DNA from: Candidatus Poribacteria bacterium
Lineage (GTDB): Bacteria > Poribacteria > WGA-4E > WGA-3G
Direction of reading: 5' to 3'
Assembly: GCA_965198235.1 (NCBI GenBank)
Contig: OZ240248.1
Coordinates: 256,001 to 320,000 of the forward strand
DNA: 64,000 nucleotides
Below, piece after piece: positions 9,453-18,989 of this stretch. Each line of letters begins with the position of its first letter. Within the stretch, counting starts at the first letter, position 1. A program made the position numbers and the translations under genes. The notes beneath the pieces are model-generated. The model had not been told where the DNA came from. It worked only from the letters and a program-made list of their open reading frames with translations, and ran no database searches.

Positions 9453-10202
9453 ATGAGAATACGAATATTTGTCTGCACGATACTCGCGTTAAGCCTCGTC
9501 GTCGGTTATAGTCAAGCCGAGATTGATCCAGATAGGATTGTCGGTATTTGGCTATTGGACGAAGGCAAAGGCGATGTCGCTGAAGACGCGTCTGAAAACG
9601 GGCGTAAAGGTACAATTACGCGAGCGGAATGGGCAAAAGGCAAGTTCGATGGTGCCCTTGAAATCAAAAAGGGCGGAACCGTTACTATCCCTCTCGGTAA
9701 AGGTATTATCGAAGATAAAGTGACTTTCATCCTGTGGCTGAACTTTACTGACATCGGCGGTCAACAGAACTATTTCTCTATATGGGATCAGAGCAACAAC
9801 CGCTATGTTCCGTACAAAAACGGTGGAAATCTCCTCCGAAGTTGGACGAACACTTGGGACGTCGCCAGTGGCGTGACCGTCAAAGATGGAACCTGGTACC
9901 ACGTTGCCAATGTCTACGACGGAGAAACCTGTAAAATCTACGTCAACGGTGAAGAAAAAGTGTCACAAAAGGTGCCGAAGTTCCAACTCCAGGATCAGGA
10001 TCAGACGGCGTGGCTCGCGACTGACAAAGGAACCGGTTTCCTCTCCGCCACTATTATGGACGAGGTCGGTCTCTTCAACGATGGACTCACCGAAGATGAA
10101 ATTCAGGATATTATGAACGATGGTATCTTCTTCACCGCTTTTGCTGTGGAGCCGTCGGATAAACTTCCTGTGCTGTGGGGAAGATTGAAGTCGCATTTTT
10201 AA
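9453..10202 (+). CDS. Exported LamG / concanavalin-like jelly-roll protein
   Basis: Signal peptide; WLLDEG, WYHVANVYDG, IYVNG, DEVGLFN; C-terminal AVEPSDKLPVLWGRLK. Confidence 0.85.
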   Translation: MRIRIFVCTILALSLVVGYSQAEIDPDRIVGIWLLDEGKGDVAEDASENGRKGTITRAEWAKGKFDGALEIKKGGTVTIPLGKGIIEDKVTFILWLNFTDIGGQQNYFSIWDQSNNRYVPYKNGGNLLRSWTNTWDVASGVTVKDGTWYHVANVYDGETCKIYVNGEEKVSQKVPKFQLQDQDQTAWLATDKGTGFLSATIMDEVGLFNDGLTEDEIQDIMNDGIFFTAFAVEPSDKLPVLWGRLKSHF

Positions 10203-10260
10203 TTATGCCTTGCGGATAAGTATCGGCTGCTTGTATCTGCAAGTTTCCCGTATTCGAGTC

Positions 10261-10380
10261 GCACTCCATTACATTCCGTGCTTAGTTTTTAGCGGACCCC
10301 CATCTAATATAGCGTGCTATGGTCAAAATTGCGTCCGTGCTGATAAGCTCAGGTGTGTAGCTCGTAATGTAATGGAGAGC
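10261..10380. repeat. Inverted repeat pair (REP-like)
   Basis: gcactccattacattccgtgct versus agctcgtaatgtaatggagagc. Confidence 0.6.
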
Positions 10381-10443
10381 GGGTCTAAGAAACGCACGTG
10401 AAGGTCTAAACGCACGAAGTTTAACCGCAAGGTATAATTAAAA

Positions 10444-10935
10444 ATGATATATTTTGCATACGGGTCCAACATGAACCTCTCTCACATGCAACAGCGGTGC
10501 CCGGGTGTCACGCACATAGAAAAGTTCCAACTTGAAGGGTTTCGCCTTGTTTTTAAATACCACGCCGATATTATCCCTACGGAGGGGTGTACAGTCCACG
10601 GTGGACTCTGGGAAATTACAGAGGATCACGAAGAAGCACTTGATACGTACGAAGGTTATCCCGACTATTACGGTAAGTATTACCAAGACGGTGTCATGTT
10701 TTACAGGATGAGAGAGGCGTATGAGAAGGATATTGAAGCTCCTTCAAAATGGTATCTAAAAACCATTATTCAGGGTTACCGTGATTTTGGGGTAACGCAG
10801 GAAGAATTTGAAGAGAGCCTCGGTGTCCAACACCTTCGGTTAACGCAAAAGGACCTTGAAGAGAGCCTCGGTGTGTCGATGGATGAACTCGCCCGCCTAT
10901 TTTCCCGTGTCGCAACCTCTCCTGTCTATGAGTAA
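10444..10935 (+). CDS. Gamma-glutamylcyclotransferase family protein
   Basis: YFAYGSNM, VHGGLW and LDTYEG motifs. Confidence 0.88.
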   Translation: MIYFAYGSNMNLSHMQQRCPGVTHIEKFQLEGFRLVFKYHADIIPTEGCTVHGGLWEITEDHEEALDTYEGYPDYYGKYYQDGVMFYRMREAYEKDIEAPSKWYLKTIIQGYRDFGVTQEEFEESLGVQHLRLTQKDLEESLGVSMDELARLFSRVATSPVYE

Positions 10936-10953
10936 ACCAATAAACCTCGTCCT

Positions 10954-12684
10954 TCAAATCACCCGTTTCACATACACATAATACACCCCAATTGCCAACT
11001 CGCCAGTTTCGTCGGTGAACTCGGTATGCATGCGCGTCTGACCGGCGGTGAGATCGAACGTAAACGTTACGCCCTTCGCATCTGGTGGAATCACTTTCGT
11101 CGCAACCTTATCCCCGATGCGGATTTGCGCTGCTGTTAATGCCAGAGCCTTTCCACCGTTGTAAAGATCAATATGCTCACCGGGAATACCGTCCGTTATT
11201 GCCCTGTCTTCAGCGAGGGGCCACCGACGCAACTCGAAACTGTACTCTCCATCTTCGGGGACCTCAATTGCCCAATAGCCGTTGCACTCCAATCCTCGGC
11301 GAATCATGCCCTGATTCCATGCGTGTGCTTCCCCGTGCCAATCGTGGGTCGTGATGCATGTAACGGGTTCGTTTTGCGTCCCGATAACGATGGGACAGTC
11401 CTCATCAAACCGCTCCGAGACCAATTGCCACCACGCTTCATAATGCTCACGAAGGTCCGCGACGACTTCGGGGTGTTCGTCAGCGATGTCGTCCTGCTGC
11501 CCGGGATCGGCTTGTATATCGTAAAGTTCGGTTCCGTTGATGAGCCGCCACTGTTGCGACATCGTCGCGCTATCTTTCCACTTAATCGGGTTTTCAACGC
11601 GCTGCGAATCGGTGACGATAACCCGTTCCTCCCATGCATCCGTTTCGCTTCTCAACAGCGGCGCAATGCTGGTGCCGTGGAAGTGGGCGTTTGAGGAAAC
11701 CTCAAGATCGCACAGATCTATCAGCGTCGGGAGCAGGTCGATGTTTGCAGTGAGCTCATGCACCTCGTGCTTTTCGGTGAAATCGCCGCCAGGCCAATGC
11801 ATAAACAGTGGCACACGGTGTCCACCTTCATACGGCGACCCTTTTCTACCGCGCATTCCGGCGTTGTAGCCTGCTGTGACGAACTGCTGTGCATCCAGAT
11901 CGCATCCAGCCGCGGAGCCGTTATCGGTCATGAAGATGAGGATCGTGTTTTCCTCAAGTCCCAAGACCCGGAGATGGTGCCGTAACCGCGCCATGTTGTC
12001 GTCTATATTGGTGATCATGCCATAGAAATTCGCACGCTCGCCTGGCACACCCTTCCTCCGATAAACCTCACTGTAGGCATCGGGGACACGGAACGGACCG
12101 TGCGGGGCATTGGTAGAGAGGTAACAGAAGAACGGACGGTTCTGGTCGCCTTCCGCCTGTCTCTCGATAAACGCCATCGCTTCCTGAAACCAAACATCTG
12201 TACAGTAACCGTCAAACGGTTGTTCGGAACCGTTGCGGAAATAGGTGTCGTCAAAATAGTCGTTGCCCCAATAGTCGGGAGTTTGACTGATGCCACCACC
12301 GCCGTGGTAGAGTGCTTCGTCAAAACCTCTGTCGTGTGGACGGAACGGGTAATTGTCGCCGAGATGCCATTTCCCGAACATACCCGTCTTATAGCCGTTG
12401 CGTCGGAAGATATCCGCCATCGTGACCTCGTCGCTGCGAAGGAGTGAGCGTCCGCCGATAGTATGCCACACACCTGTGGAGTTGCAATAGTGCCCTGTCA
12501 TAATCCCTGCTCGTGTCGGTGAACAGGTGGGACCGACGTGCAGGTTCTGCAGTTGCACGCTCTCTGCGGCAAGTGCGTCCAGATTCGGTGTGTTGATAAC
12601 GGGGTTTCCGGTGCTTCCCAAGTCGCCATAACCTTGGTCATCCGTAATAACGAAGACGAGGTTAGGTGTTGTCTGTTCTGCCAC
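10954..12684 (-). CDS. Arylsulfatase (formylglycine-dependent)
   Basis: DDQGYGD, CSPTR, GKWHLG and TDNG motifs. Confidence 0.92.
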   Translation of the reverse strand: MAEQTTPNLVFVITDDQGYGDLGSTGNPVINTPNLDALAAESVQLQNLHVGPTCSPTRAGIMTGHYCNSTGVWHTIGGRSLLRSDEVTMADIFRRNGYKTGMFGKWHLGDNYPFRPHDRGFDEALYHGGGGISQTPDYWGNDYFDDTYFRNGSEQPFDGYCTDVWFQEAMAFIERQAEGDQNRPFFCYLSTNAPHGPFRVPDAYSEVYRRKGVPGERANFYGMITNIDDNMARLRHHLRVLGLEENTILIFMTDNGSAAGCDLDAQQFVTAGYNAGMRGRKGSPYEGGHRVPLFMHWPGGDFTEKHEVHELTANIDLLPTLIDLCDLEVSSNAHFHGTSIAPLLRSETDAWEERVIVTDSQRVENPIKWKDSATMSQQWRLINGTELYDIQADPGQQDDIADEHPEVVADLREHYEAWWQLVSERFDEDCPIVIGTQNEPVTCITTHDWHGEAHAWNQGMIRRGLECNGYWAIEVPEDGEYSFELRRWPLAEDRAITDGIPGEHIDLYNGGKALALTAAQIRIGDKVATKVIPPDAKGVTFTFDLTAGQTRMHTEFTDETGELAIGVYYVYVKRVI

Positions 12685-12707
12685 GATTATATCTCCTTTA
12701 TTAACAA

Positions 12708-14138
12708 TTAGCGTAAAACGCCTTGGGCTTTCAATCGAGAAATCAACTCGGCTTGTGTGCCTTGTCCTTTTGTAGAGTTGCAGGCACCGCAGAGGAGCTG
12801 GAGGTTGTCCTCGTGGTCGGTGCTACCTTGCGATTGTGGTACGATGTGATCAATCGTCATGTTTCTAAATGGAAATTGTGTCCTGCACCCGTTACATAAG
12901 CCTTCCTGTTTACCGAACAAGGTATGCTTGTGTGTGCAATAATTGGGGAGTTTCTCACTCCGTTTCGGGATATCCGTGCGGTGGATAACTTTTCCGAAGA
13001 GTCCTACCTCATTCTCTAACCGCATACGTACAAGGTCAACGGCTCTGGGTGATATGTCAATACCGATCCAGTGTCGTTGTAGCCTTTCTGCAGCTACACA
13101 AGTTGTGGCACACCCACAGAACGGGTCTAATACCACATCTTTCTTGTTGCTACTTGCTTTGAGGAGGCGCTCTAATAACGCGACGGGTTTTTGGGTGGGA
13201 TAGCCGACACGTTCTTTGGATTTACTTGCAATCGGATTTACATCCGTAATAACATCATGTACTTTTCTTCCCTTTGACGTTGATAGGTAACGCTTGAATC
13301 TTGGCACCCTCCCTTTTGGAGGCCAATAAATCAAACCAGCAGCGTCTAAAACGTCCAGTCTTTCGTGAACTGAAAGTTCTTCATAATTGTCAGGCGGTTC
13401 CACACCTTCTGGCCACGCTGATCTTTGCGGAGTGCTCCAGTTTCTACCGACAAGACTTGGATCTATACCGCGCCAAGGTTGACCAGATTCCCCTTTTTCT
13501 GGGACGCTTCCTCCAGTAAGATTATCAACTTGGAAAAGTCCCCTTTCGTCGCGATGGCGATAAATTCTCTTTACGTATTCTGGATCATGTTCCGTATAGA
13601 CATTATTCCATACTCTTTGGCTGCTTTTGCTATAAAACAGTATTGTGTCATGAACCCTACCAAACAACTTACCCAGACTATGTGTGCTTGTCCGTTGCCA
13701 CACAATCTCATTCCGAAAATTATCCTTCCCAAACACCGCATCCATTAGTCCTTTGAGATAGTGGCTCGCAGTCGGATCGCAGTGCAAGTATATATTGCCC
13801 GTGTTTTTGAGAACGCGCTTCATCTCTAACAACCGCACTGCCATCATAATCAGGTAAGACTTCATACCCTTGCCGTGTGTGAGCTCGGCTGCGTGTATTG
13901 CCTGATACAAAGCGGGTTCGCGGTCGGCTATTTCGCCGTGCCATGCGTTGTCTACATCGGAGAGTGTCCAGGTATCTTTGAAGGCTGCGCCTGCTGCATC
14001 GCTGCCGATAGGTGCAGCATAGTTGCGATTGGAATTGAATGGCGGGTCAAGATAGATCAGATCGACTGATTCGGTGTCTATACCTCGCAGGATAGGTAGA
14101 TTATCGCTTGAGAAGATAGTTCGGTTTTGGACATTCAT
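12708..14138 (-). CDS. N6A/N4C DNA methyltransferase (beta class) fused to a C-terminal HNH endonuclease
   Basis: YLDPPF before DPFCGCATT; YPTQKP; C-terminal CNGC...IDHIVP...NLQLLCGACN. Confidence 0.88.
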   Translation of the reverse strand: MNVQNRTIFSSDNLPILRGIDTESVDLIYLDPPFNSNRNYAAPIGSDAAGAAFKDTWTLSDVDNAWHGEIADREPALYQAIHAAELTHGKGMKSYLIMMAVRLLEMKRVLKNTGNIYLHCDPTASHYLKGLMDAVFGKDNFRNEIVWQRTSTHSLGKLFGRVHDTILFYSKSSQRVWNNVYTEHDPEYVKRIYRHRDERGLFQVDNLTGGSVPEKGESGQPWRGIDPSLVGRNWSTPQRSAWPEGVEPPDNYEELSVHERLDVLDAAGLIYWPPKGRVPRFKRYLSTSKGRKVHDVITDVNPIASKSKERVGYPTQKPVALLERLLKASSNKKDVVLDPFCGCATTCVAAERLQRHWIGIDISPRAVDLVRMRLENEVGLFGKVIHRTDIPKRSEKLPNYCTHKHTLFGKQEGLCNGCRTQFPFRNMTIDHIVPQSQGSTDHEDNLQLLCGACNSTKGQGTQAELISRLKAQGVLR

Positions 14139-14413
14139 GGGTTTTTTAGTTGTCGGTTTTCGGTTGTTGGGTTTCGCTGCACTCTACCAATCTACAGATT
14201 CCCACAGAATGTCCGAAGCGCAATAAATTGCGCAACTACAAACGGCGATCCTCTTAAAATCCGCGCAATCTGCGAAATCCGTGTAATCCGCGATTTGCGG
14301 CGTACTCGCCCAAATGCGACGTGCATTCAGACAAGGGCGGGCCCAGAGACCCGCCCCTACAATAAGAAAAAAATCGGGCTTACAAGGTTTCTTTCCCACA
14401 AGAAAAAATAATA

Positions 14414-15601
14414 TTACTGCAACGCCGCCTTAATTCGATCCAGCCCGCGGTTGATCTCCGTCAACGAGGTCGCGAAGGAGAGTCGCAAATGATTGTCCGC
14501 GCCGAAACCGTCCCCGGGCACAACGCCGACACCCGCCGAATTAAGCAGATAATCGGTTATATCCATCGAGTTTTTGATCTTCTGTCCGTCGAGTGTTCTG
14601 CCGTAGTGTTCAGAGAAATCGGGGAAGATATAGAACGCGCCCTGCGGTTTGACGTAGCCAACACCGCTGATCTCATCAAAACGTTGACAGATCACATCTC
14701 GGCGTTCCTCAAACGCTTTTCGCATCTCTTCGACAGCGTCTTGCGGTTCATTGAGTGCGACAACGGCGGCTTTTTGTGCAATCGATGTCGGGTTGGAAGT
14801 GCTGTGTGATTGGATGCGCGACATCGCCGATACCGCGTCTTCGGGCCCGGCGGTGTATCCGATCCGCCACCCTGTCATTGAATAGGCTTTGGACATCCCG
14901 TTGACAACAAAGGTAATCGCTTTCGTTTCCTCGTTGAACGAAGCCGGACTCTCATGCGTTGCCCCGTCGTAGAGCAATGCCTCATAGATCTCATCGGAGA
15001 TGAGGTAGACCTGATGTTTGACGGCGATTGCGGCGATCTGTTTGAGCGTATCCAGATTGTATGTGGTGCCAGTCGGATTGCTCGGACTGTTAACGAGGAT
15101 CGCCTTCGTTTTTGCCGTGATGGCTGCCTCGACCTGATCCGGTGCCATGCAGAAGTTTTGCGCCGGTGTCGTCTCAATGACGCGCGGCACTGCACCTGCA
15201 AGTTTAATCTGCTCTGGGTAGCTTACCCAATACGGTGCGGCGAAGATGACCTCATCACCCGGATCACAGATGGCTTGAAAGATGTTATAAATGGTGTGTT
15301 TGGCACCGCACGAAACGATGACTTCGGAGGGTTTGTAGCTTAGCCCGTTGTCTCGTTTGAATTTCTTAGTGATTGCCTCTCGGAGTTCAGGGGTGCCGGG
15401 GACAGGGGTGTATTTGGTGAACCCCGCATTGAGTGCGGCGATTGCGGCATCTTTGATATAATCGGGTGTGTCAAAATCAGGTTCGCCTGCGCCGAATTTG
15501 ACGACATCTACGCCATCTGCGATCAACGCGTTGATTTTCGCGGTGATCGCCAAAGTGGACGATGGGGTTACGTTTTGACTCCGTTGTGATAATGAAATCA
15601 T
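14414..15601 (-). CDS. aspC: PLP-dependent aspartate aminotransferase (class I/II)
   Basis: GAGEPDF, NSPSNPTG, DEIY and SKAYSMTGWRIG motifs. Confidence 0.9.
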   Translation of the reverse strand: MISLSQRSQNVTPSSTLAITAKINALIADGVDVVKFGAGEPDFDTPDYIKDAAIAALNAGFTKYTPVPGTPELREAITKKFKRDNGLSYKPSEVIVSCGAKHTIYNIFQAICDPGDEVIFAAPYWVSYPEQIKLAGAVPRVIETTPAQNFCMAPDQVEAAITAKTKAILVNSPSNPTGTTYNLDTLKQIAAIAVKHQVYLISDEIYEALLYDGATHESPASFNEETKAITFVVNGMSKAYSMTGWRIGYTAGPEDAVSAMSRIQSHSTSNPTSIAQKAAVVALNEPQDAVEEMRKAFEERRDVICQRFDEISGVGYVKPQGAFYIFPDFSEHYGRTLDGQKIKNSMDITDYLLNSAGVGVVPGDGFGADNHLRLSFATSLTEINRGLDRIKAALQ

Positions 15602-15717
15602 TCGTTCTCCTTGCTTTTAAGTGTAACCGATTCACGAATCAGGCAGTATTCACACAGACTTTTGGCGCGTGTCCTAACTAACCGTCTTAAGGCAACAGAG
15701 ACATAGGTCTTACTCAT
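15598..15717 (-). pseudogene. Truncated HNH endonuclease (N-terminal 39 aa only)
   Basis: MSKTYVSVALRRLVRTRAKSLCEYCLIRESVTLKSKENE*; stops after the CxxC motif; TGA overlaps the aspC ATG. Confidence 0.65.
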
Positions 15718-15952
15718 TTTTCAAGTAGTATCGGGCACGAGATTTCGCAAGACGCCTCAGATGTTCAAGTTGCAAACAATGATTGAGTTCTGCCGTTTCT
15801 TCAGAGGTTAATCCCCTTGTCTTCTCACGGTGGATGATATCTGCAATACGTTCCTTTGCATCTTCGGATGGGCAAAAGTCTATTAAATTTTGAGGGGTTG
15901 TCCCTGCTGCAATAAAATCAACGATTTCTTGATAGGCAGGTGATATGTACAT
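15710..15952 (-). CDS. Small antitoxin-like protein preceding the HNH fragment
   Basis: AYQEIVDFIAAGTTP...GLTSEETAEL...LAKSRAR; overlaps the HNH start. Confidence 0.6.
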   Translation of the reverse strand: MYISPAYQEIVDFIAAGTTPQNLIDFCPSEDAKERIADIIHREKTRGLTSEETAELNHCLQLEHLRRLAKSRARYYLKNE

Positions 15953-16090
15953 TAGAATTCTCCTTTTTTTCGCCCCGCTACACAAAGTTGTGTGTGTGTG
16001 AGTCACTCACTTCAACGCCAGAAGGGGTTATCAGCGATAAAACTGAAAGATAGCATTTGCTATTGAGTGGCTAACAGTTGAAATACGAGG

Positions 16091-16273
16091 TTAAACCAGA
16101 TGTTTCTCTGCCTTTTCCTTCCGATGGCCCGAGTAATCAACGTATTTCACGCCTTGCTTCATACGTTTCTTTTGCTGCTTCATTAAAAAATCCATATACG
16201 TTTCTAAGTCACCGAATAGGGCGACGAGACGCGCTTTAGCTTTTTAGATGTCTTCTACGGGATTATCACACAT
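16091..16273 (-). pseudogene. Small antitoxin-like gene with premature stop
   Basis: MCDNPVEDI*KAKARLVALFGDLETYMDFLMKQQKK...; GGAGG RBS upstream. Confidence 0.45.
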
Positions 16274-16304
16274 GAGAGTTCCTCCAGTATCGCTTCGGGA
16301 GAGT

Positions 16305-16368
16305 TAACGTGGACGATGGCGTTACGTTTTGACTTGGGTGTGAAAATGAGATCACTCGTTTTCCCTTG
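16305..16368 (-). repeat. Diverged copy of the aspC RBS and first 17 codons
   Basis: VISFSHPSQNVTPSSTL versus MISLSQRSQNVTPSSTL; 42/51 nt identical by hand alignment. Confidence 0.85.
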
Positions 16369-17506
16369 AGGATGGGTTTGGTACGTTTTCAGAAATAACT
16401 GTGCTAGCCCGGTCAATTCCTCGCGCGGCAGAGCGGAGAGAAATCTGTACTTCCTCAAGTTCTTCCTGCACATCTTGCTGGATTTCTCTGAGCTGATCAT
16501 TCTCGGATGTCAAGGTCGCGATCTGATTACGAGCAGATTGAAGGTCCCGGTCTGTTCGTTTTCTAATCTCTGTCTTAAATTGATCGCATGTAATTTGCTC
16601 ATACTGGCTCTGTCCCTGCTTCTTATAAAATTCCCACTGGCTGGGATCTACCCGATTTGCAAATATGCCAAAGCCTGTGTTACTTGCAGATAGGTAACCA
16701 TTCAACTGTTCCCGTCCATTTCCTTCGTATCCAGCACCTTTACATTCTGCAATAGCAGCGAATTCATGGGTTCCGTCCCTAACCAATACCACATCGGCTC
16801 TTCGGTTGTTAGCACCCATTTGAATTTGCCGTTCTTTTTCCGGGGAGAATCCATTGCCTCCGAGCGCATCAAAGTAAGCATAGACCGCCTGCGCGACTCT
16901 ATCCTCGCGATCTGGACTTTCATGATAACAATTAGCGCACAACTCATATTCCGGATCTTGTAAGGATGGACACGATTGGTTACCACCTTGTGGATGACAT
17001 GGTCAGAGCACTCTGGAGTCTAGACTCTGTTGTCGGTCCTACTTCAGTGACGTTAACCTGATATAAGCTTCTCGGCCTAATTTCACCTCGCATACGTTAA
17101 CTTGTCCCAAGGTTCAGGATTTACACTCTGAAGTGCCGATCTCACAGAGTTCCCAATTAGAAGTATTTTGAAAAATCGCTAAAACTTCACCTTGTATCCA
17201 ATTTTGCAGTTCTCAAATTTGATCCGGTGTAACGCTAAACGTATTCTGTTAACCCCGTTAACTTGTATGTCGCTAACAGTGATCAATGGGAGAAAAAAGC
17301 GTAATCTTCCCATCTACGACTACTACCTGTCCTTGTTCCAACATAGGAGCCACAACGCCTTGTGGTATGAAACATCTAAGTTTATTCGATTCATTTATGA
17401 GATAAAAAGCATGAAGGTCCATCTGTTAATATCTCTACCTCACCCTGTACCAATACATTTCTCTGTATAGTACCTGATAATATATTCGTTATGTCACTCA
17501 CAACAT
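16352..17506 (-). pseudogene. Disrupted gene: OB-fold-like N-terminus + Cys cluster + PD-(D/E)xK (HsdR_N-like) nuclease + coiled coil
   Basis: Open 3' part 16352-16942 has RRADVV...AECK...EQLNGYL; upstream fragments VSDITNILSGTIQRNVLVQGEV and LRCFIP...GQVVVVDGKIT are broken by stops and frameshifts. Confidence 0.55.
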
Positions 17507-17587
17507 CTGCGCTTGCTCCTATACACTATTTTACACAAAGAACCGCTCAAAACAGAAAAAAGAATTTCAGAAGTGATTTTACTTTTC

Positions 17588-18170
17588 TTATCCAAGAAAA
17601 CAGGATAAACGAAATCCGAGGGCCGAAAGTGCCTTCACGTAACATACATACGCTTCCTCTTGGAATAGGAAAAACTGAATGAGTCTCGGCACGGAACATG
17701 TCGCTGTGTCTCCACAAATTCTGTCACGGTTTTCAGCGCAAAGGTGCTGCCTTTTCAAGCGGGTATCTAAACGTCCCAGTACTTCGCCGGAAACGCTATG
17801 ATTGAATTCCATTTTCCACAGCCAATTGGAGGCATTCTCGGTGACAATTCTCAAGTAACTTGGGTTCTCCAATTCCGCCTCCGGTCCAGATCGGCCCGAC
17901 GGTGTGAATGAGATACTTTACAGAGAGGTTACCCGCCGGGGTGATGACCGCTTCACCTGTTTGACAACCACCATAGTTTTCGCGAATTCCTCACATGCAC
18001 GACCTCTCTACCAGCAGCTTGACGAATCACGAAATCCAGGCCTCCCCCGCCGCTGAGAACAAGATCCGTCGGGTTTACAATAGCATCGACTTCCGCATCC
18101 ATTATATCGCCCTGGATGAGTTCAATCGGGTTCGGTTAAATTTTGTTTCGTGTTCTTGTTGGTTGTGCAT
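17588..18170 (-). pseudogene. Macro domain (YmdB-like ADP-ribose deacetylase) pseudogene
   Basis: Across frames: IELIQGDI..VDAIVNP...[36 protein letters not shown]; several frameshifts and one stop. Confidence 0.85.
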
Positions 18171-18544
18171 AACATCCGATCCAACTTCTTTTCCACTGGT
18201 TTGGTAGACCTTTTTTTCGCCTCAAGCAATTCTTGGGATACCTTTGCAAAACGTTCCCGCAATTCAACTATGAAAGGCGGAGGATTCCGTAGTTGCTCCT
18301 GTGATGCTTCCTCGTCAAGTTGTCTCACCCGTTCCAGATATGCCCCCACCTTCTCTTTTTTTGCTAAGTAATAGAGGATAGTCGCGTGTATTTTTTCAAG
18401 AGTTAAAGTTGGATAGCGCAGTAGGATTTCTTCGGGACTCGCACCTTCCAAATAATCTTCTAATACAATTTCAATCCCAATACGGTTTCCCTTGATCCGG
18501 ATAACATCTTCTTGGATGAAGTCGAAGTAATTTTCTAATTCCAT
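18122..18544 (-). CDS. DUF433-domain protein (antitoxin-like)
   Basis: IRIKGNRIGIEIVL...GASPEEILLRYPTLTLEKIHATILYY. Confidence 0.8.
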   Translation of the reverse strand: MELENYFDFIQEDVIRIKGNRIGIEIVLEDYLEGASPEEILLRYPTLTLEKIHATILYYLAKKEKVGAYLERVRQLDEEASQEQLRNPPPFIVELRERFAKVSQELLEAKKRSTKPVEKKLDRMLCTTNKNTKQNLTEPD

Positions 18545-18563
18545 CGATGTATTTCCTCATATC

Positions 18564-18644
18564 TCATAAGGTCCTCTCAAGTTTTTTCAGGAGCCTCCAT
18601 TGGTTGCGCCACAACGATTTTGGCACTTCCATAATCGATTTTCG
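18564..18644 (-). repeat. Diverged copy of the dnaJ 3' end
   Basis: MEVPKSLWRNQWRLLKKLERTL* versus [22 protein letters not shown]; about 48/69 nt identical, ungapped. Confidence 0.8.
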
Positions 18645-18677
18645 CATAACTACGAGAAACGCCAATCATGATAGGAT

Positions 18678-18989
18678 TCAGTTCCCATTTGATCCCAAGA
18701 TTCGCTTGAATTCATCAAGAGTCGACACGCGAACTGCCTCGCGCAGCAGCTCCCTGAGGTGCTGGATTTCTTCGATGCTCTCAAGTGTAGGTTTTAACGC
18801 ATGTACCTCGCTGGTTTGAAAGCGACTCTCCAATACATCTAACAGAGATCCCAAAACACCTTTTCTTTCACCCTGCTCAATGCCCTGTTCAATGCCTTGT
18901 TCCGTGAAGTGTTGAATAACAGATGATTCGTGCATGGTTTCCTCCGATATAATCTCACGAAAAATGCTTTTTTCATAGCGTTTTCTCAA
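18678..18989 (-). pseudogene. C-terminal remnant of an Rpn/YhgA-like (DUF4351-type) protein
   Basis: MHESSVIQHFTEQGIEQGIEQGERKG...LLDVLESRF tail; no nuclease domain; 5' end overlaps the dnaJ stop. Confidence 0.65.

Noticed and set aside
14258-14297. Short-period aatc(c/t)g tandem and the ggaagg/ccttcc tracts at ~43082-43152
   Set aside because: Short degenerate intergenic repeats of a common type; no added evidence of function.
16255-16500. 81-aa ORF resembling a PIN toxin tail
   Set aside because: It is an alternative frame over the nuclease 3' end and the duplicated aspC start.
17640-18000. ORF-poor stretch considered as RNase P RNA, tmRNA or a riboswitch
   Set aside because: No conserved RNA signatures; the minus strand translates to a frameshifted macro domain.
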